From the NCBI GenBank assembly GCA_016213445.1, contig JACRAJ010000002.1:36780-100779 (forward strand): 64,000 bases of DNA. The letters run 5' to 3'. This stretch comes from Candidatus Azambacteria bacterium (GTDB lineage Bacteria; Patescibacteriota; Minisyncoccia; UBA10092). How positions within the stretch are numbered: the stretch's first letter is position 1; the number at the start of each line of letters is the position of its first letter. A program made the translations under genes and the position numbers. Below the pieces are notes generated by a model. The model was not told the origin of the DNA. It made no database searches and was given only the letters and a program-made list of their open reading frames with translations. Below are positions 17,765 through 27,224 of the stretch, one piece after another.

Positions 17765-17785
17765 ATTGACGGTCATTTCATAAAC

Positions 17786-17822
17786 AAAACCGCCCCGCAG
17801 CTGCGGGGCGGTTTTGTTTTTC
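17786..17822. terminator. bidirectional intrinsic terminator
   Basis: aaaaccgccccgcagctgcggggcggttttgttttt, between convergent genes. Confidence 0.8.
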
Positions 17823-17828
17823 AAAGAT

Positions 17829-18599
17829 TTATTTTATCAAATAGGTCAAAGTGATGTTTATGGTTATTTCTTGAGAGCCGGGTTCTATTTGAGGCGCGGC
17901 GGACGCGGCTATGCCGCCGCCTCTTCCCATCGCTTCATAAAATATCGGCGGTTCTCCCGAAGCGCTCTCGCTAAAACCAATCAAGCGGCCCAAGCGAAAG
18001 CTCGCAATCTTGCTTGCCGCCATGGCTTTTTCTTTCGCCTGCTTCACCGCTTCTTCGCGCGCTTTATTTTTTAATTCTTCCGGCTTGTCAACAAAAAGAG
18101 AAACCGAATTTATCTGGTTGGCGCCGCTACTGACCGCTCCGTCCAAAATTTTACCGACATTTTTTAAATCCCTTACCGTTACGTTTACGGTTTGATTCAA
18201 AATATATCCCGCCAGCGTTGATTTTCCTTTGTTATAATCGTACTTCGGCGACAGATTATAATTGCTCGTTTTTATATCTTCATTCGCGACGCCTTCTTTC
18301 TTTAAAAAATCAATAACCTTGTTCATTTTGCCGGTATTTTCATTTTGGACCGAAATGGAATCTTTCCCCTCGGTAACCAAACCGATATCGACTTTCGCGG
18401 TATCCGGCGCGGCTTTAATTTTGCCTTGTCCGGCAAAACTTACCGTTTGGGAAACATTTGCCGCTCCCCCGTTTCGGTAATTATTCCAAGCGTTAACCAT
18501 CTGGTTTAACCCGGAAAAAACCAAAAGCAAGCCAAATAAAATCAAAACAGCCAAGACAATTTTCCGTTCCAATTTTGGCAATTTATTGTAATCGAACAT
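17829..18599 (-). CDS. SIMPL (DUF541) domain protein
   Basis: Signal anchor followed by the SIMPL fold pattern (ISVQNENTGKMNKVIDFLKKEGV...AREEAVKQAKEKA). Confidence 0.75.
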   Translation of the reverse strand: MFDYNKLPKLERKIVLAVLILFGLLLVFSGLNQMVNAWNNYRNGGAANVSQTVSFAGQGKIKAAPDTAKVDIGLVTEGKDSISVQNENTGKMNKVIDFLKKEGVANEDIKTSNYNLSPKYDYNKGKSTLAGYILNQTVNVTVRDLKNVGKILDGAVSSGANQINSVSLFVDKPEELKNKAREEAVKQAKEKAMAASKIASFRLGRLIGFSESASGEPPIFYEAMGRGGGIAASAAPQIEPGSQEITINITLTYLIK

Positions 18600-18675
18600 G
18601 CTTATTAAAAATAACTAATATTAATAATGAAATTATATCATATCAACAAAATCGCGTTATCAACACGCCGCGATA

Positions 18676-19089
18676 TTATTTTACCGGCAAGGCGCAAGCG
18701 CTTTCTTGGGATAATTTTTCAAGCGACTGCTCCCCCATTAATTTTTTTCCATCCGGAAAAATCCACGTCGGATAGCCTTCAATTCCTTTGGAGACGCAAA
18801 CCGACGGATTATCGGGGCATTCGATATACGGCACATATTTAAATGAATCGCCGAATAATTTTTTTTGATTTTGGCAATGCGAGCACCAAACCGCGCCGTA
18901 CATCGTGATGTTTTTTGACGCCAAACATTTGGCAAATTCATCAAGCGCGCCTGCCGGCTTTTTCCCGCCAAACCGCCCGGAAATAAAAAACGCAAACGCG
19001 AAAACCAAAATAATAACGCAAAAAGCAAAAATAAGTTTTGATTTTAAATCGTAATTTTTCATTTTTATATTTATTTTTTTCAGCCGCAA
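18676..19089 (-). CDS. membrane-anchored thioredoxin-fold protein (CxxC)
   Basis: TM helix followed by YGAVWCSHCQNQKKLF, a WCxxC active site. Confidence 0.65.
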   Translation of the reverse strand: MRLKKINIKMKNYDLKSKLIFAFCVIILVFAFAFFISGRFGGKKPAGALDEFAKCLASKNITMYGAVWCSHCQNQKKLFGDSFKYVPYIECPDNPSVCVSKGIEGYPTWIFPDGKKLMGEQSLEKLSQESACALPVK

Positions 19090-19119
19090 GCTGATTCGCC
19101 TTTGGCGGACAATTTAATA

Positions 19120-19620
19120 TTATTCGTCGCAACAATCAACCAATTTATCCAGGATGTCGTTCAAAGTCCACGGCTTTTCATTTTTAGCTATTTCTTTAAC
19201 TGCCGGCATATCCAGCAGTTTCAAGCGCAAACCCCAAAAAATGGAATACAATTCTTTTGCTTTGCCGAATATTTCTTTAGCCTCCTCTTTTTTATTGTCG
19301 GAATAAAGTTTGGTGCCGACTTCAATTAAACGCATGGTTGTCGCCAATAAATGCTTTGAGGCGCACCAAGTTTCGCCCTCGTGTTCGCTTATTAATTTTC
19401 TTAACAGCGCCTTCCTCGCTTCTCTCGTTTCCAAAAGCCAATCCAAATATTCCGCTTTTCCGGTTTTGGCGCTGGTGAAGAAAAAATGCTCTTCAAGGGA
19501 AATAAGGTTCATCACGGCGATGCTCAAATCTTCTTCCATGGACAAATCAACTTCGCCGGATTTTTTCATCTGCTCGATTTTTTTTATCAGATCCTGAAAT
19601 TTTTTATTATTGTCATCCAT
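19120..19620 (-). CDS. hypothetical protein
   Basis: 166-aa helical protein ending in CCDE. It sits between the CcdA-like and thioredoxin-like genes in the same orientation. Confidence 0.5.
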   Translation of the reverse strand: MDDNNKKFQDLIKKIEQMKKSGEVDLSMEEDLSIAVMNLISLEEHFFFTSAKTGKAEYLDWLLETREARKALLRKLISEHEGETWCASKHLLATTMRLIEVGTKLYSDNKKEEAKEIFGKAKELYSIFWGLRLKLLDMPAVKEIAKNEKPWTLNDILDKLVDCCDE

Positions 19621-19626
19621 ATTTTT

Positions 19627-20307
19627 TTAAAGCATTAAAATTATAACGCCTAAAACAATCATTGCCAATCCGCTCAAAAACCTGATTTTGATTGTCTTGT
19701 TCTTTTGCCAGTTTTGGATTTTTTCAAGAAGCGTTTTGTTGCTCGCGGCGAATAACGCTATAAGAAGCGGAACTATAAAAATAAAATTATAAAACAAAAG
19801 ATAAAAAACACCCTTTAAATACACGGCGCCGCGATCGTGCAAAAATCCCAAAATCGTCAGATACGGGCCGCCGGTGCAGGGAAATTCGCTGATACCGACC
19901 AAAACGCCCAAAAGAAAGCCCGCGGGCGCCGAACCTTGTTCTATCAATTTTGCCATTCTTTGATGGGCGCCGGCGGGGATTTTTAGCTTTATCGGAAACG
20001 CGGGAAAAAATTCATTGATAATATTGACGGCGCCAAGGATAATTAAAATCAAAGCGCCGACTTTTGCCATAAAATGAGGCGCGCCGAAAAATTGGAGCGC
20101 CTGCATAATCCCGAAGCCTATCGAAACATAAACCAAATATATGCCGGCGATATACAAACCGCCTATTTTCAATATTTTCGGCCGCAAATCTCCCGCGCTG
20201 AATAAAAAAGCAACAGTAAGAAGCAATACCGAAAAGGCGCAAAAATTAACGCTGTCAATAATAGCCGCGGCCGCCACAAGCGGCAAAAATTCAACAAATG
20301 AAAACAT
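19627..20307 (-). CDS. CcdA/DsbD-family transmembrane thiol-disulfide protein (tentative)
   Basis: Six TM helices with intramembrane Cys residues (DSVNFCAFS and ISEFPCTGGPY). Adjacent to the thioredoxin-like gene. Confidence 0.5.
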   Translation of the reverse strand: MFSFVEFLPLVAAAAIIDSVNFCAFSVLLLTVAFLFSAGDLRPKILKIGGLYIAGIYLVYVSIGFGIMQALQFFGAPHFMAKVGALILIILGAVNIINEFFPAFPIKLKIPAGAHQRMAKLIEQGSAPAGFLLGVLVGISEFPCTGGPYLTILGFLHDRGAVYLKGVFYLLFYNFIFIVPLLIALFAASNKTLLEKIQNWQKNKTIKIRFLSGLAMIVLGVIILML

Positions 20308-20552
20308 TATTTCAGTCTCCCTCCTCTTCTTCGCCGTTTAATGGTTTGGGTAAAATTGAAAAATGCATACTTTGATTAAGTATAACCGATTATTTAAAAT
20401 TTTCCAAATTCCGGCCTGTTCTCATCGGTAAAACAAATTTATTAACAATTGCAAAAAACGCAATCCTAACACATATATTAAAAATATGCCAATTCACTGT
20501 CATGGTCACAAGCTGTTGAACCATTACGGCGAATTGCGTTTTTATTGTTTTA

Positions 20553-20562
20553 TGCTATAATA
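20553..20562 (+). promoter_or_regulatory. extended -10 promoter element (TGcTATAAT) upstream of the helicase gene
   Basis: ttgttttatgctataatag lies 8 bp before the ATG region. Confidence 0.4.
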
Positions 20563-20569
20563 GCAAAAC

Positions 20570-21760
20570 ATGAACCAATCTTCTGATTTTTATAATCTCG
20601 GTATCGCGCCTAATATTTTAGAAGCGCTAAAAAAGCTTAATTTCAAAATTCCCACGCCTATTCAGGAAAAATCCATCCCTCTGGCAATAGAGGGAAAAGA
20701 CATGATCGGCATTGCCCAAACAGGCACGGGAAAAACGCTGGCCTTTGGGGCGCCTATGATCCAGGCGGCTCTTCGCGGCAATAAAGGACTTGTTGTGTTG
20801 CCGACGCGAGAGCTCGCGTTTCAAGTTAATGAAGTCTTCCGCAAAATCGGATCCCCTCTCGGTGTTCGAACGGCGGTTTTAATCGGCGGCGAATCCGTTA
20901 ATCGCCAAATCCAGTCGCTTCGCGCAAACCCGCAAATTATAATCGGCACTCCGGGACGGATTATCGACCACTTGGAACAAAAAACTGTTTCGCTCGGATC
21001 AATCGCCGTTTTAGTGTTAGACGAGGCGGACCGAATGCTCGATATGGGTTTTGCGCCGCAATTAAAACGAATATTGCATGCATTGCCCCGCAATCGGCAA
21101 ACTATGCTTTTTTCGGCGACGATGCCAAAAGATATTCTTGATATAGCGCAGGCATATATGAAACTTCCCGTTCGCATTGAAGTTGCCCCGCCGGGCACTC
21201 CAGCCGCAAAAATCACTCAAGAACTTTTTTTCTTGGAGAAACAGGATAAGCCGCGGCTTCTTCCGAAAATTCTTGATGAATACCGCGGATCAATACTTAT
21301 ATTCTCGCGAACAAAACACGGCGCCAGAAAAATTGCGCAAGGCATCCGAACGCTTGGCCATACCGCGGCTGAAATTCATTCCAACAGATCATTAAACCAG
21401 CGCAGAGAGGCGCTCGACGGATTTAGAAACGGAAAATACAGAATTCTTGTCGCAACCGACATCGCCGCTCGCGGTATAGATGTGAAAGGGATTGAACTTG
21501 TTTTAAACTACGACCTTCCTCAACACCCGGAAGACTACGTTCATCGTATTGGACGGACCGGCCGGGTGGGCGGCATCGGCCATGCCATTTCTTTCGCCAC
21601 CCCCGATCAGAAAAGCGACGTGCGAGAAATCGAACGTCTTATCCGCGCAACATTGCCCCTGTCCGCATTGCCAAAAATACTGCCTGTCCGGATGTCTTTA
21701 ACCGCGCCAAAACCATCAGTTCCCGCCAATCACCGCCGCCATCGCAGACATTATTCGTAA
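20570..21760 (+). CDS. DEAD-box ATP-dependent RNA helicase
   Basis: Q motif, AQTGTGKT, DEAD (VLDEADRML), SAT and HRIGRTGR motifs. Confidence 0.9.
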   Translation: MNQSSDFYNLGIAPNILEALKKLNFKIPTPIQEKSIPLAIEGKDMIGIAQTGTGKTLAFGAPMIQAALRGNKGLVVLPTRELAFQVNEVFRKIGSPLGVRTAVLIGGESVNRQIQSLRANPQIIIGTPGRIIDHLEQKTVSLGSIAVLVLDEADRMLDMGFAPQLKRILHALPRNRQTMLFSATMPKDILDIAQAYMKLPVRIEVAPPGTPAAKITQELFFLEKQDKPRLLPKILDEYRGSILIFSRTKHGARKIAQGIRTLGHTAAEIHSNRSLNQRREALDGFRNGKYRILVATDIAARGIDVKGIELVLNYDLPQHPEDYVHRIGRTGRVGGIGHAISFATPDQKSDVREIERLIRATLPLSALPKILPVRMSLTAPKPSVPANHRRHRRHYS

Positions 21761-21771
21761 AAAACTTTTTG

Positions 21772-21842
21772 CTGCGGGACAGGGACTCGAACCCCAGTTT
21801 TCGCATTCAGAGTGCGACGTCCTACCACTAGACGATCCCGCA
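21772..21842 (-). tRNA. tRNA-Gln (anticodon CTG)
   Basis: Cloverleaf folded by eye. Acceptor tgcggga/tcccgca and anticodon loop ctCTGaa. Confidence 0.75.
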
Positions 21843-21927
21843 AATTAAAAAATAAAACAAAATAAAATCGCTGTATACACAGGGATTTTAACATTAAATT
21901 GCCGAAAAATCAATTGAAATCGCGAGG

Positions 21928-22836
21928 TTAAATCTTCAAATATTTTCTCATCGCGAACCAGCTGGAAAATACGCCCAGGGCGACGCCGCCCAATGTTTGG
22001 AAAAACAAAAGCGACCAAAAATTGCTGCCAACGTAATTCACCAAATTTATTTCCGGAATGAAACTAAGAAGCTTCGGCCCGATAAAGCCGATGCCGGATA
22101 CAACCACAGCAAAAGAAAAAGCGGAAGCAATCGCGCCGTGTAAAACGCCTTCAATAAGAAAAGGCCCCCTTACGAACCGATTGGAAGCGCCGACCAATTT
22201 CATCACCGTAATCTCCTCTCGCGAAGAATAAATCGCCAGCCGCACGGTGTTGAAAGCCACTAAAAAAGCGATAAAAGCCAAAATAACGCCGGCCAGAAAG
22301 CCGCTCTCTCTCAAAACCCTGATAATATTGTTCAACCGGTCAATAACGAGTTTATTTTCCGTATAATTGATCTTGCTAACAACATTTTTAAATTGGTCCT
22401 GATTTAAAAAAGAATTTATGGCGGTATATTGAGTCGAGTCTTTCGCCAAAATGTTCAAGCTGGCTTCGAGAGGGTTGTCGCCCAATTCGTCAACCGATTT
22501 AAGCAAAACTTCGTCGCCGGTATGGCGGCTTTTGAAAATTTTCAAAGCCTGGTCCCTGGAGATATATTCAACGTTCGCCACTTCGCCCAGTCCCTCAAGT
22601 TTTGATTTTAAAGTTAAAATGTCAGATTCTTTGGCGTTTAAATTGAAATAAACGCTGACATCGACTTTCTCCGACAAGACATTCAAAACCGAAGTTAAAA
22701 CCACGTTTGAAAGAAAAACGCTGGTCCAGGTGACAAGAGAGATGGTTATTATTAAAATTGTCGCCGCCGACAGCCAGCCGTTGCGCCAAAAATTAATCAA
22801 TCCCGATTTTATTATTCTTGATAATTTAACAAACAT
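21928..22836 (-). CDS. ftsX: cell division permease-like protein FtsX
   Basis: FtsX topology: TM1, a large extracytoplasmic domain, then three TM helices. Downstream of ftsE. Confidence 0.85.
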   Translation of the reverse strand: MFVKLSRIIKSGLINFWRNGWLSAATILIITISLVTWTSVFLSNVVLTSVLNVLSEKVDVSVYFNLNAKESDILTLKSKLEGLGEVANVEYISRDQALKIFKSRHTGDEVLLKSVDELGDNPLEASLNILAKDSTQYTAINSFLNQDQFKNVVSKINYTENKLVIDRLNNIIRVLRESGFLAGVILAFIAFLVAFNTVRLAIYSSREEITVMKLVGASNRFVRGPFLIEGVLHGAIASAFSFAVVVSGIGFIGPKLLSFIPEINLVNYVGSNFWSLLFFQTLGGVALGVFSSWFAMRKYLKI

Positions 22837-22840
22837 AAAA

Positions 22841-23560
22841 TTAGCTTAAAATATATCTTCCGGGATTTTCATCTCTTATCACCGAGCCATTTTCCAAACT
22901 GACAACCCTTTTTTCAAGGGCGTTGATAATTTCCTTGTCATGGGTGGCTAAAATAACCGTAGTCCCCAATTCGTTGATTTTCAAAAGTAAACGAATAATG
23001 TCCCAAGTGTTGATGGGATCCAAATTTCCGGTCGGCTCGTCGGCGACGATAACGCTGGGTCGGTGCACCAAAGCCCGGGCAATCGCCACTCTTTGTTTTT
23101 CCCCGCCGGAAAGTTGTTTCGGAAAATTATTCATCTTGTCTTTCAAGCCGACCAAATCCAAAACCTTGGGAACATCGCTTTTTATTTCCTCATCGCTTTT
23201 GCCGGCAACTTCCATCGCAAAAGCCACGTTTTCATAAGCGGTCTTTTTCGGCAACAATTTAAAATCCTGAAAAACGGCGCCGATTTGCCGCCGCAAAAAA
23301 GGCAGCTCATTGGGCCGCATTTTTAAAATATCCTGTGTGTCGAAAAAAATTTTGCCGTGAGTCGGTTTTTCTTCGGCGATCAAAAGTTTGAGCAAAGTCG
23401 ATTTGCCCGCCCCCGATCGTCCGACAAGCGACAAAAATTCCTGCGGCTTAACTTCAAAACTTACGCTTCGAAGCGCCACCGAATGGCTGTTGTAGATTTT
23501 GCTGATGTTTTCGAATCGAATCATGGTATGCAACCATTTTATCAAAAAAACTTTCCACAA
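22841..23560 (-). CDS. ftsE: cell division ATP-binding protein FtsE
   Basis: Walker A GRSGAGKST, ABC signature LSGGEKQR and Walker B VIVADEP. Confidence 0.9.
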   Translation of the reverse strand: MWKVFLIKWLHTMIRFENISKIYNSHSVALRSVSFEVKPQEFLSLVGRSGAGKSTLLKLLIAEEKPTHGKIFFDTQDILKMRPNELPFLRRQIGAVFQDFKLLPKKTAYENVAFAMEVAGKSDEEIKSDVPKVLDLVGLKDKMNNFPKQLSGGEKQRVAIARALVHRPSVIVADEPTGNLDPINTWDIIRLLLKINELGTTVILATHDKEIINALEKRVVSLENGSVIRDENPGRYILS

Positions 23561-23655
23561 GCAATTTTTGACTCCGCCGCGCTTTATGGCAAATATAATT
23601 TTTGCGTGTTATTGTTTATAAATTAGCACATTAAAAAATAAAGGAGGCGGTTGTT

Positions 23656-24759
23656 ATGCTGGAAATTAAAGAAAAAAAGATTGCCGCGCCGATTATTCAG
23701 GGCGGAATGGGTGTGGGAGTGTCTTTGGCGCCGCTGGCCGGCGCCGTCGCGAAAGAAGGCGGCGCGGGAATAATTTCCAGCGCCTGTTTGGATATAATCG
23801 CGTCAAAAAGAACCAAGCGCAAAGTTGGAATTTACGAGGCGATATGTATTGAAATCAGCAACGCTAAAAATATGAGCGGCGGCGGCATTATCGGAATCAA
23901 TATTATGTTTGCGCTTGCTAAAGATTTTGAAAATTCGGTGCGAGCGGCAATCGATGCCGGCGCGGATATGATTATTTCCGGCGCGGGATTGCCGTTGAAT
24001 TTGCCAAAAATCCAAAACCCGAAAAATACGGGATTGATTCCCATTGTTTCTTCGGCGCGCGCTTTGGATTTGATTTGTAAAAAATGGGAAAGGGCGGGCT
24101 ACCAGCCCGACGCGGTTGTTTTGGAAGGCCCGCTTGCCGGCGGCCATTTGGGATTTAAGATGGAAGCGATTGATCTTGAAGAAAACATTCTTGAAAATCT
24201 TTTGGGACCGGTTAAAGACATCGCTAAAAAATACGGAGATTTTCCCGTGATAGTCGCCGGAGGTGTTTTTGATTCCGGCGACATTAATAAGTTTCTGGAA
24301 ATGGGCGCCGACGGCGTCCAAATGGGAACAAGATTTTTGGCTACGGAAGAAAGCAGCGCCACGCCGGAATACAAACAAGCAGTTTTATCGGCAAAACAGG
24401 AAGATATTCTTGTGGCGGACGGCATACTGTATCCGGGTTCTCCCTGCGGATTGCCGTTTCGGGTTATAAGGCAATCCCCTATGTTCATTTCTTCTTTAAA
24501 ACAATCTCGTGCGCCAAAATGCAGTAGAGGATATGTTTTGCAAAGAGACGAAGCGGGAAATTTTACCCGCTGTTCCGCGAAAGAAAACAATAAAAATTTC
24601 TTTTGCGTATGCAACGGGTTGATAAGCTCGGCCGGATACGAGCCGAACGAAGAACCTCTCTACACCGTAGGCGCCAATGCTTACAGGATAAACAAAATTT
24701 TAAAAGTTAAGGATTTGATGAACGAGCTCAAATCCGGATTAAAACAACAAACTCGCTAA
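23656..24759 (+). CDS. nitronate monooxygenase family FMN oxidoreductase (NMO/FabK-like)
   Basis: IIQGGMGVGVS, GAGGHLG and TRFLATEES motifs. The SD sequence ggagg is 7 nt upstream. Confidence 0.8.
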   Translation: MLEIKEKKIAAPIIQGGMGVGVSLAPLAGAVAKEGGAGIISSACLDIIASKRTKRKVGIYEAICIEISNAKNMSGGGIIGINIMFALAKDFENSVRAAIDAGADMIISGAGLPLNLPKIQNPKNTGLIPIVSSARALDLICKKWERAGYQPDAVVLEGPLAGGHLGFKMEAIDLEENILENLLGPVKDIAKKYGDFPVIVAGGVFDSGDINKFLEMGADGVQMGTRFLATEESSATPEYKQAVLSAKQEDILVADGILYPGSPCGLPFRVIRQSPMFISSLKQSRAPKCSRGYVLQRDEAGNFTRCSAKENNKNFFCVCNGLISSAGYEPNEEPLYTVGANAYRINKILKVKDLMNELKSGLKQQTR

Positions 24760-24784
24760 ATCAAACATTTAGCGAGTTTTTTTA
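24752..24784 (+). terminator. intrinsic terminator
   Basis: ctcgctaaatcaaacatttagcgag plus a T8 run. Overlaps the stop codon. Confidence 0.65.
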
Positions 24785-24803
24785 TTTCCACGGCGCGGAT
24801 TTT

Positions 24804-25775
24804 TTATATTTTACGGGACTCAAACCATTCAATTGTTCGTCTCAACCCCTCGTCAAAATTTACCGCCGGATTGTAACCCAACAATTTTTTAGCTTTGGAA
24901 ATATCGGCGCGAGTGTGCACCACATCCCCCAATCTCGGCGGACGTTTTTCCAAATCAAGTTTTTTGTTTGTGTATTTCTCTATTGAATTTTTTATCTCGT
25001 TGATTTTTACCCGGTTTCCAAGCGCGATATTAAATGCCTCTCCATTAAAATTCTTCTTTGATTCCATGGCCGAAATATTTGCCGAAACCACATTATCTAT
25101 ATGGCAGAAATCTCTTGATTGATTGCCATTGCCCTCAATAAAGGCTTTTTCCTTTCTCGGAAAATACAATGATTCCAGCCAAGCGGATATAACCGTGGAG
25201 TAAGGAGAATCTCCATATTGGCCGGGTCCGAAAACGTTAAAGTATCGAAGACATACGGTATCCAGTCCGAATAATTCGCTGAATATTCTGCAGAAATGCT
25301 CGCCTGCGTATTTTTGAACGGCGTAAGGAGATTTCGGGTTGGAATTTTCGGATTCTCTCGTCGGCAATTTCTTTGTGGCGCCATAAACAGCGGAAGAAGA
25401 GGAATAGATAAATCTTTTCACGCCATGATTTTTTGAAGACTCCAAAAGCGCGACTGTTCCGACAATATTAACTTCGCTGGTATGGCGCGGATGCTCAACC
25501 GAATAAGAAACTCTCGGCAACGCGGCGAAATGAAAAACATATTCGGGTTTATGTTCGGAAAAAATTTTTTCCAAAAGATTTTCGTTCAAAATTGATCCTT
25601 TGTAAAAAACAATTGACGGTTCAACCGCGTCCTTTCTTCCGGTTGAAAAATCATCAATGCCTACAATTTTAGTTTTTGGAAATTTTTTCCTAAACTGATG
25701 CGCAAAATTACTTCCAATAAAGCCGGCGCAACCGGTTACTAAAATTGTTTTTGGAATTGTTTTCGGATTAGCCAT
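24804..25775 (-). CDS. NAD-dependent epimerase/dehydratase (SDR, GalE-like)
   Basis: TGCAGFIGSNF Rossmann motif and the YxxxK catalytic pair. The start is set at MANPK (25775). The open frame upstream of it only runs through tRNA sequence. Confidence 0.8.
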   Translation of the reverse strand: MANPKTIPKTILVTGCAGFIGSNFAHQFRKKFPKTKIVGIDDFSTGRKDAVEPSIVFYKGSILNENLLEKIFSEHKPEYVFHFAALPRVSYSVEHPRHTSEVNIVGTVALLESSKNHGVKRFIYSSSSAVYGATKKLPTRESENSNPKSPYAVQKYAGEHFCRIFSELFGLDTVCLRYFNVFGPGQYGDSPYSTVISAWLESLYFPRKEKAFIEGNGNQSRDFCHIDNVVSANISAMESKKNFNGEAFNIALGNRVKINEIKNSIEKYTNKKLDLEKRPPRLGDVVHTRADISKAKKLLGYNPAVNFDEGLRRTIEWFESRKI

Positions 25776-25791
25776 AAATTTTATGAATTGG

Positions 25792-25817
25792 TGCGCCCTG
25801 AAGGATTCGAACCTTCG
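25792..25817 (-). repeat. duplicated 3' fragment (nt 49-74) of tRNA-Lys
   Basis: A 26-nt exact copy of the T-arm and acceptor 3' strand, 32 bp downstream of the intact tRNA. Confidence 0.85.
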
Positions 25818-25849
25818 TCCGGGGTTGTTTATCTCACATAATTTCAAAC

Positions 25850-25923
25850 TGCGCCCTGAAGGATTCGAACCTTCGACCATCTCCTTAAAAGGGAGTTGCT
25901 CTACCGGGCTGAGCTAAGGGCGC
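25850..25923 (-). tRNA. tRNA-Lys (anticodon TTT)
   Basis: GCGCCCTTAGCTCAGCCCGGTAGAGCAACTCCCTTTTAAGGAGATGGTCGAAGGTTCGAATCCTTCAGGGCGCA folds into a canonical cloverleaf. Confidence 0.85.
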
Positions 25924-25983
25924 AGTTTGAAATTATATTTTTTATGGAACAACCCGTTGAAAGTAATACTATTACTTTCAACC

Positions 25984-26030
25984 CATCTCCTTAAAAGGGA
26001 GTTGCTCTACCGGGCTGAGCTAAGGGCGCG
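25984..26030 (-). repeat. duplicated 5' fragment (nt 1-47) of tRNA-Lys
   Basis: A 47-nt exact copy including the D arm and anticodon arm, 60 bp upstream of the intact tRNA. The spacer contains the hairpin gttgaaagtaatactattactttcaac. Confidence 0.85.
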
Positions 26031-26032
26031 CG

Positions 26033-26551
26033 TTAATTTTTTTCAAACCAGTAAAGCGCCAATATGGGTAAAATAAGCCAGACAAAATGAGAGATAACCG
26101 AGCCGAACAACAATTTCGTCAATGGAGCCAGTTTAAACGCTTCTTCGTTTAATTTCAAGGCATAACCGAATATTATATTAGCCCAAAAACCCACATTCAA
26201 AAAACTCAAGAATATCACTTGGCCGGTTTTTTTGTTGATTTCTTTCCTTGAAAAACCGGCTTTGCTAAAAATCCAAAAAACAAAAAAAACCAAAACAAAA
26301 AAGCCGAATGAGTTGAGAAATAAAGTCTGGGATGCGTTGAGACTCTCAAAAAATCGCCGGGGATAAGGCAGGTATTCGCCTATCAATGCCGCCGGATAAG
26401 AAGCCGCCAGAAGAATTATCATTCGATTGCGCCCGACCACAAGACCGTAAACAAAAACCGCAAAAAAGAAAAAAAGCAGAAGCAATATATCCCAAGCGGG
26501 ATTGCTTAAAAATGAATTGCCCGTTGCTTTCAATATACTTAAATAATCCAC
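26033..26551 (-). CDS. hypothetical membrane protein
   Basis: Five predicted TM helices. No recognised motif. Confidence 0.5.
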   Translation of the reverse strand: MDYLSILKATGNSFLSNPAWDILLLLFFFFAVFVYGLVVGRNRMIILLAASYPAALIGEYLPYPRRFFESLNASQTLFLNSFGFFVLVFFVFWIFSKAGFSRKEINKKTGQVIFLSFLNVGFWANIIFGYALKLNEEAFKLAPLTKLLFGSVISHFVWLILPILALYWFEKN

Positions 26552-26559
26552 GATTTATT

Positions 26560-27189
26560 TTAATTTTTAATTTCTTTTTTCAACTCTTCAAGCAATTCTC
26601 TCGCTTTCCTGGAAATATTTTTTGGCGTTTTTACGCTCATTACAAAAATTATATCACCATTCTTGCCGTGGTGCACCAAAGCTTCGCCGTTTTGAATGCC
26701 GGCCGGAATTTTTAATTTCAATCTTTCTCCCCTTACCGAAACTTCAACGTCGCCGCCCAAAGCCGCGGTCGCGAAATCCACGCTTAGCGTAGTTTGAATC
26801 GTTGGCCAGGCGCGGCCGAAGCCGCCGCCAAAAAAGTCTCCAAATCCCCCTCGACCGGAACCGCCGCCGCGGCTTTGGCGGCCAAAACCGAAAAGCTCTT
26901 CCAAAATATCCGACAAACCGCCCATATCCCCGCCAAAACCACCGTATGAATATCCTCCTCCGCCCGCGCCCGGAGCGCCATCAAAAGTCTGTCCGAACCT
27001 GTCGTATTGTTCTTTTTTTTGCTTGTTGCCCAGAACCTGATAGGCTTCATTTATTTCTTTGAATTTCGCGTCGCCGCCGCCATTTTTGTCGGGATGATAC
27101 TGGTGCGCCAATTTTCTGTAAGCGCGCTTTATTTCTTCTTCGCTCGCGCTTTCAGTCACTCCCAAAATTTCATAGTAATTTTTAGGCAT
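26560..27189 (-). CDS. dnaJ: J-domain chaperone (DnaJ-like, no Zn-finger domain)
   Basis: J domain YYEILGV...HPDKN, a G/F-rich linker and a C-terminal substrate-binding fragment. The CxxCxGxG repeats are absent. Confidence 0.8.
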   Translation of the reverse strand: MPKNYYEILGVTESASEEEIKRAYRKLAHQYHPDKNGGGDAKFKEINEAYQVLGNKQKKEQYDRFGQTFDGAPGAGGGGYSYGGFGGDMGGLSDILEELFGFGRQSRGGGSGRGGFGDFFGGGFGRAWPTIQTTLSVDFATAALGGDVEVSVRGERLKLKIPAGIQNGEALVHHGKNGDIIFVMSVKTPKNISRKARELLEELKKEIKN

Positions 27190-27224
27190 TGTTTAATGAT
27201 ATGCGACATACAATATGTAACATA

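Noticed and set aside
24804-25880. N-terminal extension of the epimerase ORF to 25880
   Set aside because: The extension reads through the tRNA-Lys gene and its 3' fragment. The real start is the ATG at 25775 (MANPK...).
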